In this document: in pieces, positions 53,940 through 64,000 of the stretch
Layout of the letters: each line of letters begins with the position of its first letter
Numbering within the stretch: position 1 is the first letter of the stretch
NCBI GenBank assembly: GCA_963741205.1
Contig: CAVUHW010000014.1
Coordinates: 34,670-98,669 of the forward strand
Direction: 5' to 3'
Length of the DNA stretch: 64,000 bases
Origin: Nitrospirota bacterium
GTDB taxonomy: Bacteria > Nitrospirota > UBA9217
Notes under the pieces: model-generated
Seen by the model: the letters and a program-made list of their open reading frames with translations, nothing else
Database searches by the model: none
Told to the model about the DNA's origin: nothing
Position numbers and translations under genes: made by a program

Positions 53940-55330
53940 TCCGCACTCCGCATATGTTCCGCATTCAAAAATATCTTCCCCGGGTTCAGGATATTGTTCG
54001 GGTCGAGAGCCTGTTTGATCCGCCTCATGGCGGAGAGCGCATCCGGCCCCAGTTCCATCGGGAGGTAGGCTGCCTTTGCCAGGCCGATTCCGTGCTCGCC
54101 GGTGATGCTTCCGCCTAAGCGGAGCGTTGCGGCAAAAATCTCCTTGACCGCCTCCCCGGCGCGCGCCATGTCCGCGTCATCGACCAGGATGTTCGTATGG
54201 ATGTTGCCGTCGCCGGCATGGCCGAAGTTCACGATCATGAGCTCGTATCGTTGGGCGATCTCGCCGATCTCTCTCAGGATGTCCGCGATCTTACTCCGCG
54301 GTACCACAATGTCCTCGTTCACTTTTTTCGGTTTGATCGTATAGAGGGCCGGAGATATCGAGCGCCGGGCCTTCCAGAGCCGTTCGCGCTCAGCCTCGGA
54401 CGCTGCCTCTTGCACGCGGGAGGCGCCCGCCTGGAGCATGAATTCCGAGATCCGGTCGATCTCGACCAATGTGGACGCGGACGTGCCGTCTACCTCCGCG
54501 AGGAGCATAGCTGCCGCGCCGCCGGAGAAGTCCTCCTTGAGATAGGCCTCCACCGCCCGGAGGGCCGCCTGGTCAATAAGCTCAAGGGCCCGCGGGAGGA
54601 TCCTTCCTGCGAGAATATTCGTTGCCGCCCTTGCCGCGTCGCCGATTGTCCCAAAACTTGCTGACAAGGTCCTCACGCTCTCGGGCAGGGGAAGAAGCTT
54701 AACGATGATCTTTGTGACCACACCCAGCGTGCCTTCGGAGCCGACGATAAGCTTCGTGAGGTCGTATCCTGCGACGCTCTTTATGGTTTGCGCGCCGGTC
54801 TTTATGATCTCGCCCGTGGGCAGGACGACTTCGAGGCCGAGCACGTAGTCCTTGGTGACGCCGTACTTGACGGCCCGGAGCCCGCCGGCGCACTCGGCGA
54901 CGTTGCCGCCCAGGGTGCAGAACTGGCGGCTCGCGGGATCGGGCGGGTAGAAGAGCCCCCGCTCCTCGACAGCCTTCTGAAGCTCGCCGGTCACAACACC
55001 CGGTTCTACGACGGCGATGAAATCCTCCTCGCTGATCTCGAGGACCCTGTTCATCCGCTCCAGCGAAAGGACCAAACCGCCCTCTATCGGCACGGACCCG
55101 CCGGACATGCCCGTACCCGCGCCGCGCGGCACGACCGGGAACCCCTCCCGGTTGGCGAGAACGAGTATTCGGGAGATCTCGTCCGCCGACACCGGCCGCG
55201 CCACTGCCCACGGGAGCGACTCGCGCTGCGTGGCGTCGTAGGAGTAGACCGTCAGCTCCTCCGGCGAGGTCAGAAGATTGGCCGGACCGACGATGGTTTT
55301 CAGTTCTTTGATGACCGATGATTTTAACAT
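53861..55330 (-). CDS. FAD-linked oxidase, glycolate oxidase GlcD-like; 3' end uncertain
   Basis: VPRGAGTGMSGG, YPPDPAS, GGLRAVKYGVT, GHAGDGNIH, ITGEHGIG, ILNPGK. Confidence 0.92.
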   Translation of the reverse strand: MLKSSVIKELKTIVGPANLLTSPEELTVYSYDATQRESLPWAVARPVSADEISRILVLANREGFPVVPRGAGTGMSGGSVPIEGGLVLSLERMNRVLEISEEDFIAVVEPGVVTGELQKAVEERGLFYPPDPASRQFCTLGGNVAECAGGLRAVKYGVTKDYVLGLEVVLPTGEIIKTGAQTIKSVAGYDLTKLIVGSEGTLGVVTKIIVKLLPLPESVRTLSASFGTIGDAARAATNILAGRILPRALELIDQAALRAVEAYLKEDFSGGAAAMLLAEVDGTSASTLVEIDRISEFMLQAGASRVQEAASEAERERLWKARRSISPALYTIKPKKVNEDIVVPRSKIADILREIGEIAQRYELMIVNFGHAGDGNIHTNILVDDADMARAGEAVKEIFAATLRLGGSITGEHGIGLAKAAYLPMELGPDALSAMRRIKQALDPNNILNPGKIFLNAEHMRSAECGIENKNHLSWTVIGIIAGLLPFLS

Positions 55331-55853
55331 AATTGCTGTGCCGCAGGGGTCATGAGAGAGCACTGTGGGGCGTTACGATGGTCGCGGGCATTCAGTTTTT
55401 GGAGCGATGACTAAAATTCCTGACCTGACATGCCTCTATGCTGACACATGAGATATTATGATAACACAGCACTGCGGGTTGATCAATAAAAAAGCCCGCC
55501 GTTTTTTTTGGGCGGGCCGGTTCTGCAAGACATCCGCGAGCTGCATCACATTCCTACCCTCCCCGCCTATTTTCACGTGCGTTAACTGCGATGCTTTGGC
55601 TCCTTCGTCTATTCACTTCCCGGGGAGAGTTTTCGATAGAAAAACAGTCTTAAGTGTAATCTGGGGAGAAGGGAGAATCTGATTATGCGTAGTACCTACA
55701 AAGATGCAGTTCTTGTTAAGGGCCATTCGGCGAATTACGGGATCAAATGTGGAACGAAGATTAAAATCTCTATCGTTCTTAATCGACATTCAATTCGCCA
55801 ATGAGCCTTGACCCGTTTTCCCCTCCTTATTTCACTATAGCATGTACAATCGG

Positions 55854-56183
55854 TTAGTTCGTACTGCTCGGTGCCGAAGCCGGTGCTGTTGTCAGTGCTG
55901 GTGCTACCAATGACGGTTGACTGACTGGGGTAGCAAGGCCAGCCTTATACTCGTCACTGCTGATCTTCTTCACTTGCGAACTCTGAAGCGTGATGATGCT
56001 GTCGGTGCGAGTATCTTTCACTACCACTGCTCCACTCGCGAGATGATCGATTTCCTGTGTGTAATACTCCTTGCCCGATTGTAAATCCGTCACTCTGTAA
56101 AATGAAGGTGAGGATGCGCATCCATCGAAAAGACTGATGAACAGTCCTACGACAAGCGCTCCATACTGCAACGACTTTTTCAT
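55854..56183 (-). CDS. Hypothetical lipoprotein
   Basis: Signal peptide ending GC, then YRVTDLQSGKEYYT and a Pro/Ala/Thr-rich tail. Confidence 0.65.
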   Translation of the reverse strand: MKKSLQYGALVVGLFISLFDGCASSPSFYRVTDLQSGKEYYTQEIDHLASGAVVVKDTRTDSIITLQSSQVKKISSDEYKAGLATPVSQPSLVAPALTTAPASAPSSTN

Positions 56184-56215
56184 GTTTTTTCCCCTTTCGT
56201 ACAATCCTGCTCACG

Positions 56216-57184
56216 TCAGAAGCTCATACCAATACTAACGCCCCATCCGCTCACACCATTTCCAAACCGATACCGGCCCAACAGGCGCCATCTTGTGACG
56301 ATCCTGTTATAGGCGCTGGTGTCAAGCTCGAGACCGGTACCGATTGAGCTGATCGAAGAGAACCCCAACATATCCCCATCGGGCCCGAAATAATAATCGT
56401 AGGCGTACTCCAAGACGTATCGGACCGGGCGGTTCAACGCTTCGAACCCGATAGGCGCACGCCAACGGCTCCAGAGCCCCAAGCTCTGTGCTAATGAAGA
56501 TCCCTTCACCGCCTCCGACGTGTTGCCGTAACTCTCAAGCCAGATATTAGTCAACCGGACCTCGACATCAATCTCATAGTCTCTGCGATAATGCTCATAG
56601 TCGAGCATCAACGATCCGCCATAGCCAAACGCATTGAGATGCCCGTCCTGGAGGAACTGGGCATCATTACCTTTCTGACGGTCAAGAATACCGAAGACGG
56701 AAGCAGTGCTCGTCAGACGGCCAAGGGTGACGTTGGCCATCGGACGCAGAACGAGTTCCCTCGCGATCGGGAAATCCCAACCGACCCCTCCTGTACCCGT
56801 CAGACTGCTCCACTTCGTCGGTGTCTCTTGCTGTTCGACGCCATTGCCTATGAGAAAATGGGGGTCATAGCGGACGTAGGCCAGAGTGCCCTCCAAATAG
56901 AGTGGGAATGACCTGCTCCAAGTAAAGCCGCCGCCTAACGCACTCATAGAAAGTGGAGTTGATCCGCCAGTCCCGCCGCCGATCGAGAGTGACGAGGCCG
57001 TAATCTCGGGGGCAAGGTTGTACTGCAGCAGGGATACAACGGCATTTGCGAGCTTCTGAACGTTTTTGTCGGTAACCGTAAAGACCTGGCACATTGCGGG
57101 GGAAGAGACCAGCAGTAGTATCCCGAGCACGAACATCGCACCGCGAAATCTCCGTTTCTGGACCTGTGAAGATTCCTTTTCCAT
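56216..57184 (-). CDS. Putative outer-membrane beta-barrel protein
   Basis: Signal peptide, alternating amphipathic strands, C-terminal Phe (GVSIGMSF). Confidence 0.65.
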   Translation of the reverse strand: MEKESSQVQKRRFRGAMFVLGILLLVSSPAMCQVFTVTDKNVQKLANAVVSLLQYNLAPEITASSLSIGGGTGGSTPLSMSALGGGFTWSRSFPLYLEGTLAYVRYDPHFLIGNGVEQQETPTKWSSLTGTGGVGWDFPIARELVLRPMANVTLGRLTSTASVFGILDRQKGNDAQFLQDGHLNAFGYGGSLMLDYEHYRRDYEIDVEVRLTNIWLESYGNTSEAVKGSSLAQSLGLWSRWRAPIGFEALNRPVRYVLEYAYDYYFGPDGDMLGFSSISSIGTGLELDTSAYNRIVTRWRLLGRYRFGNGVSGWGVSIGMSF

Positions 57185-57284
57185 TAATTTGTTATCATCA
57201 AGGGTTGATGCGCCAGATTTGGCTCCTGAATTCTACATGAAACATTGAATGATGCGAAGAATGGAACTCGTTTGCTACAGGAAG

Positions 57285-58406
57285 TTATTTTCCGTGAATG
57301 GACAGGAACTGCTCTCTCTTTTTCTTGTCCCAACGAGCGCAGAAGGCCGGCTTTCCCTTCATTACGCACTCCAAACAGAGGTTACACGTTGGCAAGCATT
57401 TGACTATTGGCTTGTCGATCTTCCCGGCTGCCTTTTTGGGCCACAAAGGGTCAGCAAAGAGTACCCTCGCAAGGCCGATAAGGTCTGCGGTGCCTTCCTG
57501 AAGGACTTTCTCGGCCGTCTCTGGTGTTTGAATGCGTCCTGCGGCGATGACAGGCAGTCCGGGTACCGCCTCCCTTATTCTCCTGGCAAAATGGGCCATA
57601 TACGCCTCTTCTTTCTCTTTTTCCTTGTACGCTGGAAGAAAGAATGAGTCGTAAGTCCCCGCCATGACGGAGAGGTAAGCAACGCCCCTCTTTGCAAGCT
57701 CCTTCGCATAGAGTGAAGTCTGGTCAGTGTGCAATCCCTCAGGCAACCATTCATCAGCGAGGAAACGGTACCCTACCGGATAATTGCCCACGCTGTTCAT
57801 CACTGCTTCGACTACTCTCAGAGGAAACTTCATTCTGTTTTCGAGCGGACCGCCGTAATCGTCTTTTCTTAGGTTCGTGCGCTGGGAAAGAAACTGGACG
57901 AGAAGGTACCCCGTGCCTCCGTGGAGCTCGACTCCGTCAAACCCTGCCTCTTTGACCCGTGCTGCGGCGTTAGAATAGGACTTGATGATCGTCTCGATCT
58001 CTGCCCTGTTCATTTCCTTCGGCAGTACCTCTCCGGTTTTTACAGGCGAGGGCGCTAACCTCTGCTGCGCAGCATGGGCGTACCTGCCTGCGTGATTGAG
58101 CTGGCAAATGGCAACCGCACCTTCTTCGTGAATAGTCTTTGCGATTTTTGCAAGGTCGACGATTGAGCGGTCGTGGTCGGCCAGCAAGGTAAAGGGCGAT
58201 CCCATACCCGATGGATCAATAGCAACGTTTTCCGTCACGATCATCGCCGCACCTGACGCAGCCATCTCCCGGTAGTAGTCGATGATCAACTCGTTCGCCG
58301 TTCCATCGGGATTTGCGTAGGACAGAAAGAGCGGCGCCATCGTTATACGGTTTTTCAGGGTAAGCCCTTTAAGCTGAAACGGGGAAAAGAGTAAAGATTG
58401 TTTCAT
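57285..58406 (-). CDS. NADH:flavin oxidoreductase (Old Yellow Enzyme family)
   Basis: LKNRITMAP, QLNHAGR, GFDGVELHGGTGYL, RKDDYGG, C-terminal CxxxCNLCxxC. Confidence 0.92.
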   Translation of the reverse strand: MKQSLLFSPFQLKGLTLKNRITMAPLFLSYANPDGTANELIIDYYREMAASGAAMIVTENVAIDPSGMGSPFTLLADHDRSIVDLAKIAKTIHEEGAVAICQLNHAGRYAHAAQQRLAPSPVKTGEVLPKEMNRAEIETIIKSYSNAAARVKEAGFDGVELHGGTGYLLVQFLSQRTNLRKDDYGGPLENRMKFPLRVVEAVMNSVGNYPVGYRFLADEWLPEGLHTDQTSLYAKELAKRGVAYLSVMAGTYDSFFLPAYKEKEKEEAYMAHFARRIREAVPGLPVIAAGRIQTPETAEKVLQEGTADLIGLARVLFADPLWPKKAAGKIDKPIVKCLPTCNLCLECVMKGKPAFCARWDKKKREQFLSIHGK

Positions 58407-58620
58407 ACGATAAATTCCTTATTTATGGATATATGCTGTAAACCACACTTAAATATAAACCAGATCAACAATAAGTTATTTCCGTTATCGTTTTTCTAAT
58501 GTGTCATAACTCACTGTCATACAAAGATTAAAAAGCCTATATGCAACTTTTCGATTTGAACTCAATTTATCGAGAATCATCTTATATGTCTATCTCATCA
58601 CTGCATGAGGGGGAACCAGG

Positions 58621-59698
58621 ATGAATTTCGGGAAAACGATCTTCGCTCAACTTATTCGAGCATCTACCATGATACGAGTTCAATCAATGTGTCTCTTTGT
58701 TACCAAGGCAATCACAAGGTCAGGATTTTTATTTGTACGGATCAGTTTCTCTGCATGGCCTTTGCTCGACTAATTTATCGAGAAAGCCTACGCGACATCA
58801 TAACGTGCCTCAATTCCCATCGACCAAAGCTCTACCACATGGGATTCCGAGGTAAGATCGCAAAGTCTACGCTGGCAGACGCCAACGAACTTCGGGACTT
58901 CCGCATTTATCAGGACTTCGGTTATATACGCATCTATATCGCCAGCAAGCTCTACCAGAATAAGTAACTTGGCCTCGATCTGAAGCTCGCGGTCTACGCG
59001 TTGGACTCAACGGTTATCGATCTCTGCCTGTCCACATTCCCGTGGGCAACGTTTCGAAAAAAGAAAGCAGCCGTCAAGATTCACACTTTGCTCAACGTGC
59101 AGGGATCAATCCCGACCTTTATTTTCGTAACTCCCGGCAGCGTTCACGACGTCAATATGATGGATGCCGTTCCATTCGAAGCCGATTCGGTCTATAAGAT
59201 GGACCGCGCCTATCTTGATTTCTAGCCGTCCGTATTCATATCACTTAGCTTTCGGCGTTCTTCGTTATTCGAAGCAAACACAACACCAGATTGCGCCGCA
59301 TTGATTCCGCATCAGTGGACAAAACCATCGGCGTACAAGCCGATCAGACAGTTCTGCTCGTCGGCTACAAATCGCGTATGGCCTATCCCGATCCTTTGCG
59401 CCGGGTGCGTTATCACGATGCCGAACGAGACAAGCGTCTGGTGTTAAACGACCATACTTTACTCCCAGCCAAAACGGTCGCCGATATTTATCCATCCCGA
59501 TGGCAGGTCGAGCTGTTCTTCAAATGGATCAAGCAGCATCTTCGCATCAAGTCGTTCTTTGGAACATCACCCAATGCGGTCAAGACTCAATTCTGGACTG
59601 CGGTGAGCGTTTATCTGCTCGTGGCGATTGTCAAGAAGCGATTAAACCTTCCTGGCAGTCTCCATACGATTCTACAGATTCTCAAGGTGACTTTTTGA
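58621..59698 (+). pseudogene. IS4-family (DUF4372 + DDE) transposase, inactivated
   Basis: MNFGKTIFAQL, RESLRDI, STLADAN, DSTVIDLC, VHDVN, RWQVELFFKWIKQHL; in-frame stops at 58965 and 59223 plus indels; possible right end ttaaccggac near 59857. Confidence 0.88.
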
Positions 59699-59899
59699 AA
59701 ATACCATTTTGAGCTGTTAACTACTTAATACGAAATCGAACGTGTGATGATAACAATTGAATTATTACGTAACAACAGTTACCAAATCATTAATTCTGGT
59801 TGTATTCTGCACTTCCATGCCTTGCGCCGCCATTTGCAATTTACAGGAAGAACATGTTAACCGGACTTAGCTCACCATAAGAGCGGATATTCGAATTTT

Positions 59900-61582
59900 T
59901 TAAGCGTACACCGAATAATCGATGTCAGGGAAAAGATTGTCTTTGGATTCGATGTCCGCAAGCCATCCTTCGTCAAGTGAGTTTGCCTTGATGTCCTCGT
60001 AGAGCTTCGTGAAGTTCAGGACGTGCTCTTTCGTTCTTCGGACGGCGTATTCCACGTGGCTGCCGGTCTTCATGATGAACGCCCAGTCCGAGCTCTGTGC
60101 CAAGAGGAGTTCCCGCGCGGCCTGGTTGAGCGCGCGGAGCAGGAGCCCGTCGGCCCCCGGAAAGGCCTGGGCAAGTTCGATCATGCGGTCCGCGGCCTTG
60201 TGCAGGTGGGGGTAAATCCAGTCGTTCGAACTGTCGAGCCATACTTCGGCATATCCTTTATATCCCCAGCTCGACCGGGAGGGCGCACCGACCTGACATT
60301 TGGGGTTCTCTGCGAGATACTCAGTCGGCGTAATAAGGCGTACGGTCTTCTGGTCGAGAGCGGCCTTGCGGAGCAGGAAGTTGATCCAGTCCGGCCCCTC
60401 AAACCACCAGTGGCCGAACAGCTCCGCGTCGTATGGGGCCACGATGACCGGCTTCCGGTCCCCGAATACGCCGGAAAGCCATTCGACCTGCTTCTCCCGG
60501 TTGAACAGGAAATTGCCGGCATGCAGGGCTGCGCGTTCGAGCGCACGCGCGCGGTTGTAAGGTTCCTTGTGATTCGACTTCCCCGTGATCCGGTAATACT
60601 TGATGCCGAGATTCACGCGAATTCCATCGGGGTGGATGTAAGGTTTGACATAGTCGAAATCGAGATCAAAACCCACATCGCGGTAGAAATCACGGTAGTG
60701 GTAGTCGCCGGGATATCCTTCGACTGAGCTCCATACCTGTTTGGAGGATTCCATATCCCTGCCGAAGGCGGCCAGGCCGGACGGGCGGCAGTAAATCGGG
60801 GCGTACACCCCGTATTTGGGTCGGGGGGTACCGTGAAACAGGCCGTGCGAGTCGGTGAAAAAGTAGCGGAGGCCGGCTTCGGGGAGGATATTTTCGAGGC
60901 CGGGATAGTAACCGCACTCCGGCAGCCAGATGCCCCGGGGCGGCCTGTTGAAATGTTTTTGATAGTGATTGACCGCGACCAGGACCTGCGCCCGCACCGC
61001 CTTCTCGTTCTCCATGAGCGGCAGAAAGCCGTGCGTGGCGGCGGAGGTGATGATCTCGATTTTACCCAGGTCCTGGAACTTCCGGAAGGCCGCCACGAGG
61101 TTCCTTCCGTACTTTTCTTCGAACACGAACCGGGTGTTGATGAACATGTCACGATACATCCGGGCGAGGGTATGAAAGGGGGGCTCGCGCCTCGTGCGCT
61201 CGACCTCCTTTTCGGAAAGTTCGATGAGCCTTCCGAGGTGCCGGAGATAGCGCTGCTGCAGCAGCGGGTCAACAAGCATGGAGACGAGCGTCGGCGTCAG
61301 ACTCATGGTGAGCCGGAAGTCTATGCCGTCGTCCACCAATCCGTCGAACACGTTGATGAGCGGGATGTACGTCTCGGTGATTGCCTCGTACAGCCAGTCT
61401 TCCTCGAGGAACCGGTCGTGCTCCGGGTGCCGCACGAAAGGCAAATGACTGTGCAGCACCAGTGCAAGATACCCTTTTTCCATCCTGCTCTCCGGACTGT
61501 CGGCTCGGCCCCTTACGGTCTTCGCCCGGCGCGCCGCTTTAACGGTTTTTTTAACGGTTTTTCTCTTCTGTTCTTTCTTCAT
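59900..61582 (-). CDS. GH57 1,4-alpha-glucan branching enzyme (DUF1957); alternative start 61483
   Basis: LVLHSHLPFV, ETYIPL, GIWLPECGY, PYDAELFGHWWFEG, LAQSSDWAF. Confidence 0.93.
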   Translation of the reverse strand: MKKEQKRKTVKKTVKAARRAKTVRGRADSPESRMEKGYLALVLHSHLPFVRHPEHDRFLEEDWLYEAITETYIPLINVFDGLVDDGIDFRLTMSLTPTLVSMLVDPLLQQRYLRHLGRLIELSEKEVERTRREPPFHTLARMYRDMFINTRFVFEEKYGRNLVAAFRKFQDLGKIEIITSAATHGFLPLMENEKAVRAQVLVAVNHYQKHFNRPPRGIWLPECGYYPGLENILPEAGLRYFFTDSHGLFHGTPRPKYGVYAPIYCRPSGLAAFGRDMESSKQVWSSVEGYPGDYHYRDFYRDVGFDLDFDYVKPYIHPDGIRVNLGIKYYRITGKSNHKEPYNRARALERAALHAGNFLFNREKQVEWLSGVFGDRKPVIVAPYDAELFGHWWFEGPDWINFLLRKAALDQKTVRLITPTEYLAENPKCQVGAPSRSSWGYKGYAEVWLDSSNDWIYPHLHKAADRMIELAQAFPGADGLLLRALNQAARELLLAQSSDWAFIMKTGSHVEYAVRRTKEHVLNFTKLYEDIKANSLDEGWLADIESKDNLFPDIDYSVYA

Positions 61583-61712
61583 TCCATCCCGTTGGAGCCC
61601 CGGGACCTTCCGGCGAGGGGCAAAAGAAAAGTCCATCCGTGCAAGGATGGACTTCATAATCTCGGTTCACTCCGAACAGCAATCAGGTACGTTAACGAAG
61701 CAGGACAATACC

Positions 61713-62762
61713 CTACTTCCGCTTGCTCTTGGTCCGCTCCCGCGGGAACAGGCCCGGCGAAGTGACTTCCTGCAGACGCCTGCGCCGCATCATTTCCTGA
61801 AGCTCCGGAGACGAAATGCCGCCGCGGAAGCCTTCCGGATAGCCGTAGAGCTTCCAAAACTCCTCGTCCGCAAGCATCCACTCCTCGTCGATCACGTCGG
61901 ATACCCCAGCGCGCGGCATGTTGACGTAGTTGGAACGCACAAGCGTCAAAAACTTCCCTTCGGGAGAAAGAAGCCCCAGGTCGGCGCAGAACGAATGGCT
62001 CGGCCGCCCGAGATCGAAATACCAGGTGCCGGTCTGCTCTAAAACCTCCTGGTCGTAATACCCGATGGCATTCCTGCCGTCAAACTGAACGCCCGTGATA
62101 TCGTATATCCGGACGGAGAGCTTGCTGCCCCAACCGAACCATGCCTTCTCGCGCTCAAGCCGCTCCTGCGACGTTTCCCAGTAGGCGTGGACTACAAAAG
62201 GGTCGCGCGTCATGAGTACGATGCGGTCCTGGCCGTAGGCCAGCGGAAGCTCGCCGCGCTCCGCCACCGTCGGCTGGTTCGCTGGTCCGGTATAATACTT
62301 CGAATTCGATACGCGCTCCTGCGCCAGGGAAGGTTCTTCCGTGCTGGGAGGGATCTTCCAGTCATGGACCGCAGCGACCGGTTCCGTCGTTTTCGGTCCA
62401 GGAGCCCGCTTCGGAACATGCTGTTTCTTCGGCGCCGACGCCTCGGTACCTGCAGCGGCCTCGGGTGTCCGCACTAAGGTCTTGACCGCCGCCTTCGATG
62501 TCTGCACCGCAGTCCTGGCTGCGACCTTCGGTGTCCGCACCCCGGTTTTGACTTCGGTCTTCAGCGCCTTAGCCGCAGTCGCTACAGAGGCCTTATTCGG
62601 CGTGGTCTTCTTCTCTTCTGCTTTTTTATTGATTCTGGCGGCGGCCAGAAGTGCTTCAATAATATCGGCCTTTTTCGCCCTTTCAGGCACTTCGATCTTC
62701 AGCTTCTTTGCAAGGGCGTTGAGGTCACGTACGAGCATCGACAGCAGTTCGGCCTTTTTCAT
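61713..62762 (-). CDS. DUF4912-domain protein with Rho-N-like N-terminus
   Basis: KKADIIEAL, Lys/Ala/Thr-rich linker, ELPLAYGQDRIVLMTRDP..VHAYWE, RIYDIT, VRSN. Confidence 0.85.
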   Translation of the reverse strand: MKKAELLSMLVRDLNALAKKLKIEVPERAKKADIIEALLAAARINKKAEEKKTTPNKASVATAAKALKTEVKTGVRTPKVAARTAVQTSKAAVKTLVRTPEAAAGTEASAPKKQHVPKRAPGPKTTEPVAAVHDWKIPPSTEEPSLAQERVSNSKYYTGPANQPTVAERGELPLAYGQDRIVLMTRDPFVVHAYWETSQERLEREKAWFGWGSKLSVRIYDITGVQFDGRNAIGYYDQEVLEQTGTWYFDLGRPSHSFCADLGLLSPEGKFLTLVRSNYVNMPRAGVSDVIDEEWMLADEEFWKLYGYPEGFRGGISSPELQEMMRRRRLQEVTSPGLFPRERTKSKRK

Positions 62763-62806
62763 CTCAAACCCCCTTCATCATGAATTGAATGCCTGCTTAC
62801 CCCTAC

Positions 62807-62834
62807 ACTATATCACAAATAGCTTTATTGTCAA
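62807..62834 (-). promoter_or_regulatory. Sigma70-type promoter for DUF4912-GH57
   Basis: TTGACA-N16-TATAGT on the minus strand. Confidence 0.6.
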
Positions 62835-62936
62835 ACTGATTCGGCTCCCGAATCCGTCGATAACATTTTGACAAACAAAGGGAAACAACGTATACGCGCG
62901 CCGGCCAAGCCAGGAATAGGGTAAAGGCGAGTCCCA

Positions 62937-63983
62937 TTATTTCTCCACGAAGATGCGCTTCACGCCCTTCGGGGGGGCGTCGTCGACATCTCCGGTATGG
63001 GCCGCCATGATGTCCTCTTTCTGAAGCGCGGAGATGAGCCGGTCCTTGCGGTCCTGTGGCACGAAGATCAGAAGGCCGCCCGAGGTCTGCGCGTCGTTCA
63101 GCAGGACCCGTTCCACGGCCGTGACGTCGGCCGACCATTCGACAAAGGGCTCGTAGCTTTTCTGGTTGGCCCTCGTCCCTCCCGGAATCATGCCCATCCC
63201 GGCAATCGTGACGGCCTCCTCGAAAACAGGCACCCGCCGGGCGTGGAGATGCGCGCTACACCTGCTCGCGGTGAGCACTTCGCTCAGATGCCCGATAAGC
63301 CCGAATCCTGTGATATCCGTGGCAGTGCTGACGCCCGCCTCAAGCATGATCTCGCCCGCCCGCTTATTGAGCGCAGCCATTGATTTGGTAAAGGCATCTG
63401 CGGTGGCCACGCTGCACCTGCCTGCTTTGATCCCGGTCGAAATCACACCCGTTCCGATCGGCTTGGTGAGGACCAGGGCGTCCCCCGGCTTCGCTTTTGA
63501 ATTATCAAGTATCCTGCCGGGATGAACAACGCCCAGAACGGCGTATCCGAATTTCGGCTCCTTGTCCTTGATCGTATGGCCGCCGATGATGGCCACACCG
63601 GCCTCGGTCATCTTATCGATGCCGCCCTGCATGATCCGCCTGTTGATGTCATAAAAATCGGCTCCCGCCGGCAGAGCGGCGATGTTCAAGGCGGCCAGCG
63701 GTCTGCCGCCCATTGCGTAGACATCCGAAAGCGAGTTTGCAGCGGAGATCGCGCCGAACCAATAGGGGTCGTCCACGATCGGCGTAAAGAAGTCGGCCGT
63801 GAGGACCATGGCGATGTCGTCGGTAATGCGGTAAACGCCGGCGTCGTCGGCGTTCGATAAACCCACCAACACGTTCGGATCCGTGATCGCGGGAAATTGT
63901 CCCAGGACCTGGGACAGTTCAGCAGGGCTGAACTTTGATGCTCAACCGGCGCAACTTGAAAGATGTGTGAGCTTGATTTCCAC
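62937..63983 (-). CDS. selD: Selenide, water dikinase, selenocysteine-containing
   Basis: GTG at 63983 after a GGAGG RBS; MEIKLTHLSSCAG-TGA-ASKFSP in frame with DDAGVY, DFFTPIVDDP, NSLSDVYAMGG, TDITGFGL, DAQTSGGLL. Confidence 0.95.
63898..63941 (-). promoter_or_regulatory. Candidate bacterial SECIS element
   Basis: Hairpin tgtcccag-gtc-ctgggaca starting about 25 nt 3' of the in-frame TGA (63942-63944), preceded by a second stem gttcagc-cct-gctgaac. Confidence 0.65.
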
Positions 63984-64000
63984 AGTCACCCCTCCCTTCC

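Noticed and set aside
53930-53967. ttccgca tandem repeat as a phase-variation switch
   Set aside because: Only about four imperfect heptamer units at a gene junction; more likely one of the heptamer scars seen elsewhere in the window
1-64000. CRISPR array or cas genes
   Set aside because: No regularly spaced identical repeats with unique spacers and no Cas motifs seen; the repeats found are dispersed palindromes

Overview
Bacterial chromosomal window, probably from an anaerobic Nitrospirota/Desulfobacterota-like organism (inferred from gene content only). Many genes between 1 and 43 kb are broken by single-base indels, most likely unpolished long-read errors, so those coordinates are approximate. 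Layout: (i) 1-1.9 kb, a GNAT/acyl-CoA-ligase fusion. (ii) About 2-14.2 kb, an accessory island downstream of tRNA-Pro(GGG) with co-oriented cassette-like genes, one clear and several degenerate attC-like sites, an IS110 element whose ends rebuild a consensus promoter, a group II intron and an ISL3. (iii) merR-ihfA, an octaheme HAO-like cytochrome, a complete nuoA-N operon (fused NuoCD) whose spacers and some coding regions carry palindromic repeats, and transketolase. (iv) A diguanylate cyclase, an HD phosphohydrolase and a PqiA-domain protein. (v) A 12-kb module with two atypical PEP-synthase-like proteins, TauE, two small membrane ORFs, USP, CBS, GntR and a two-component pair, bracketed by a small Cys-rich gene and its remnant. 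(vi) An L,D-transpeptidase, a GlcD-like oxidase, a flavin oxidoreductase, a dead IS4, a GH57 branching enzyme, DUF4912 and a selenocysteine-containing selD. The best candidates for something undescribed are the dikinase-like/TauE module, the IS110 with a long right end, and the translated palindromic repeats in complex I genes.
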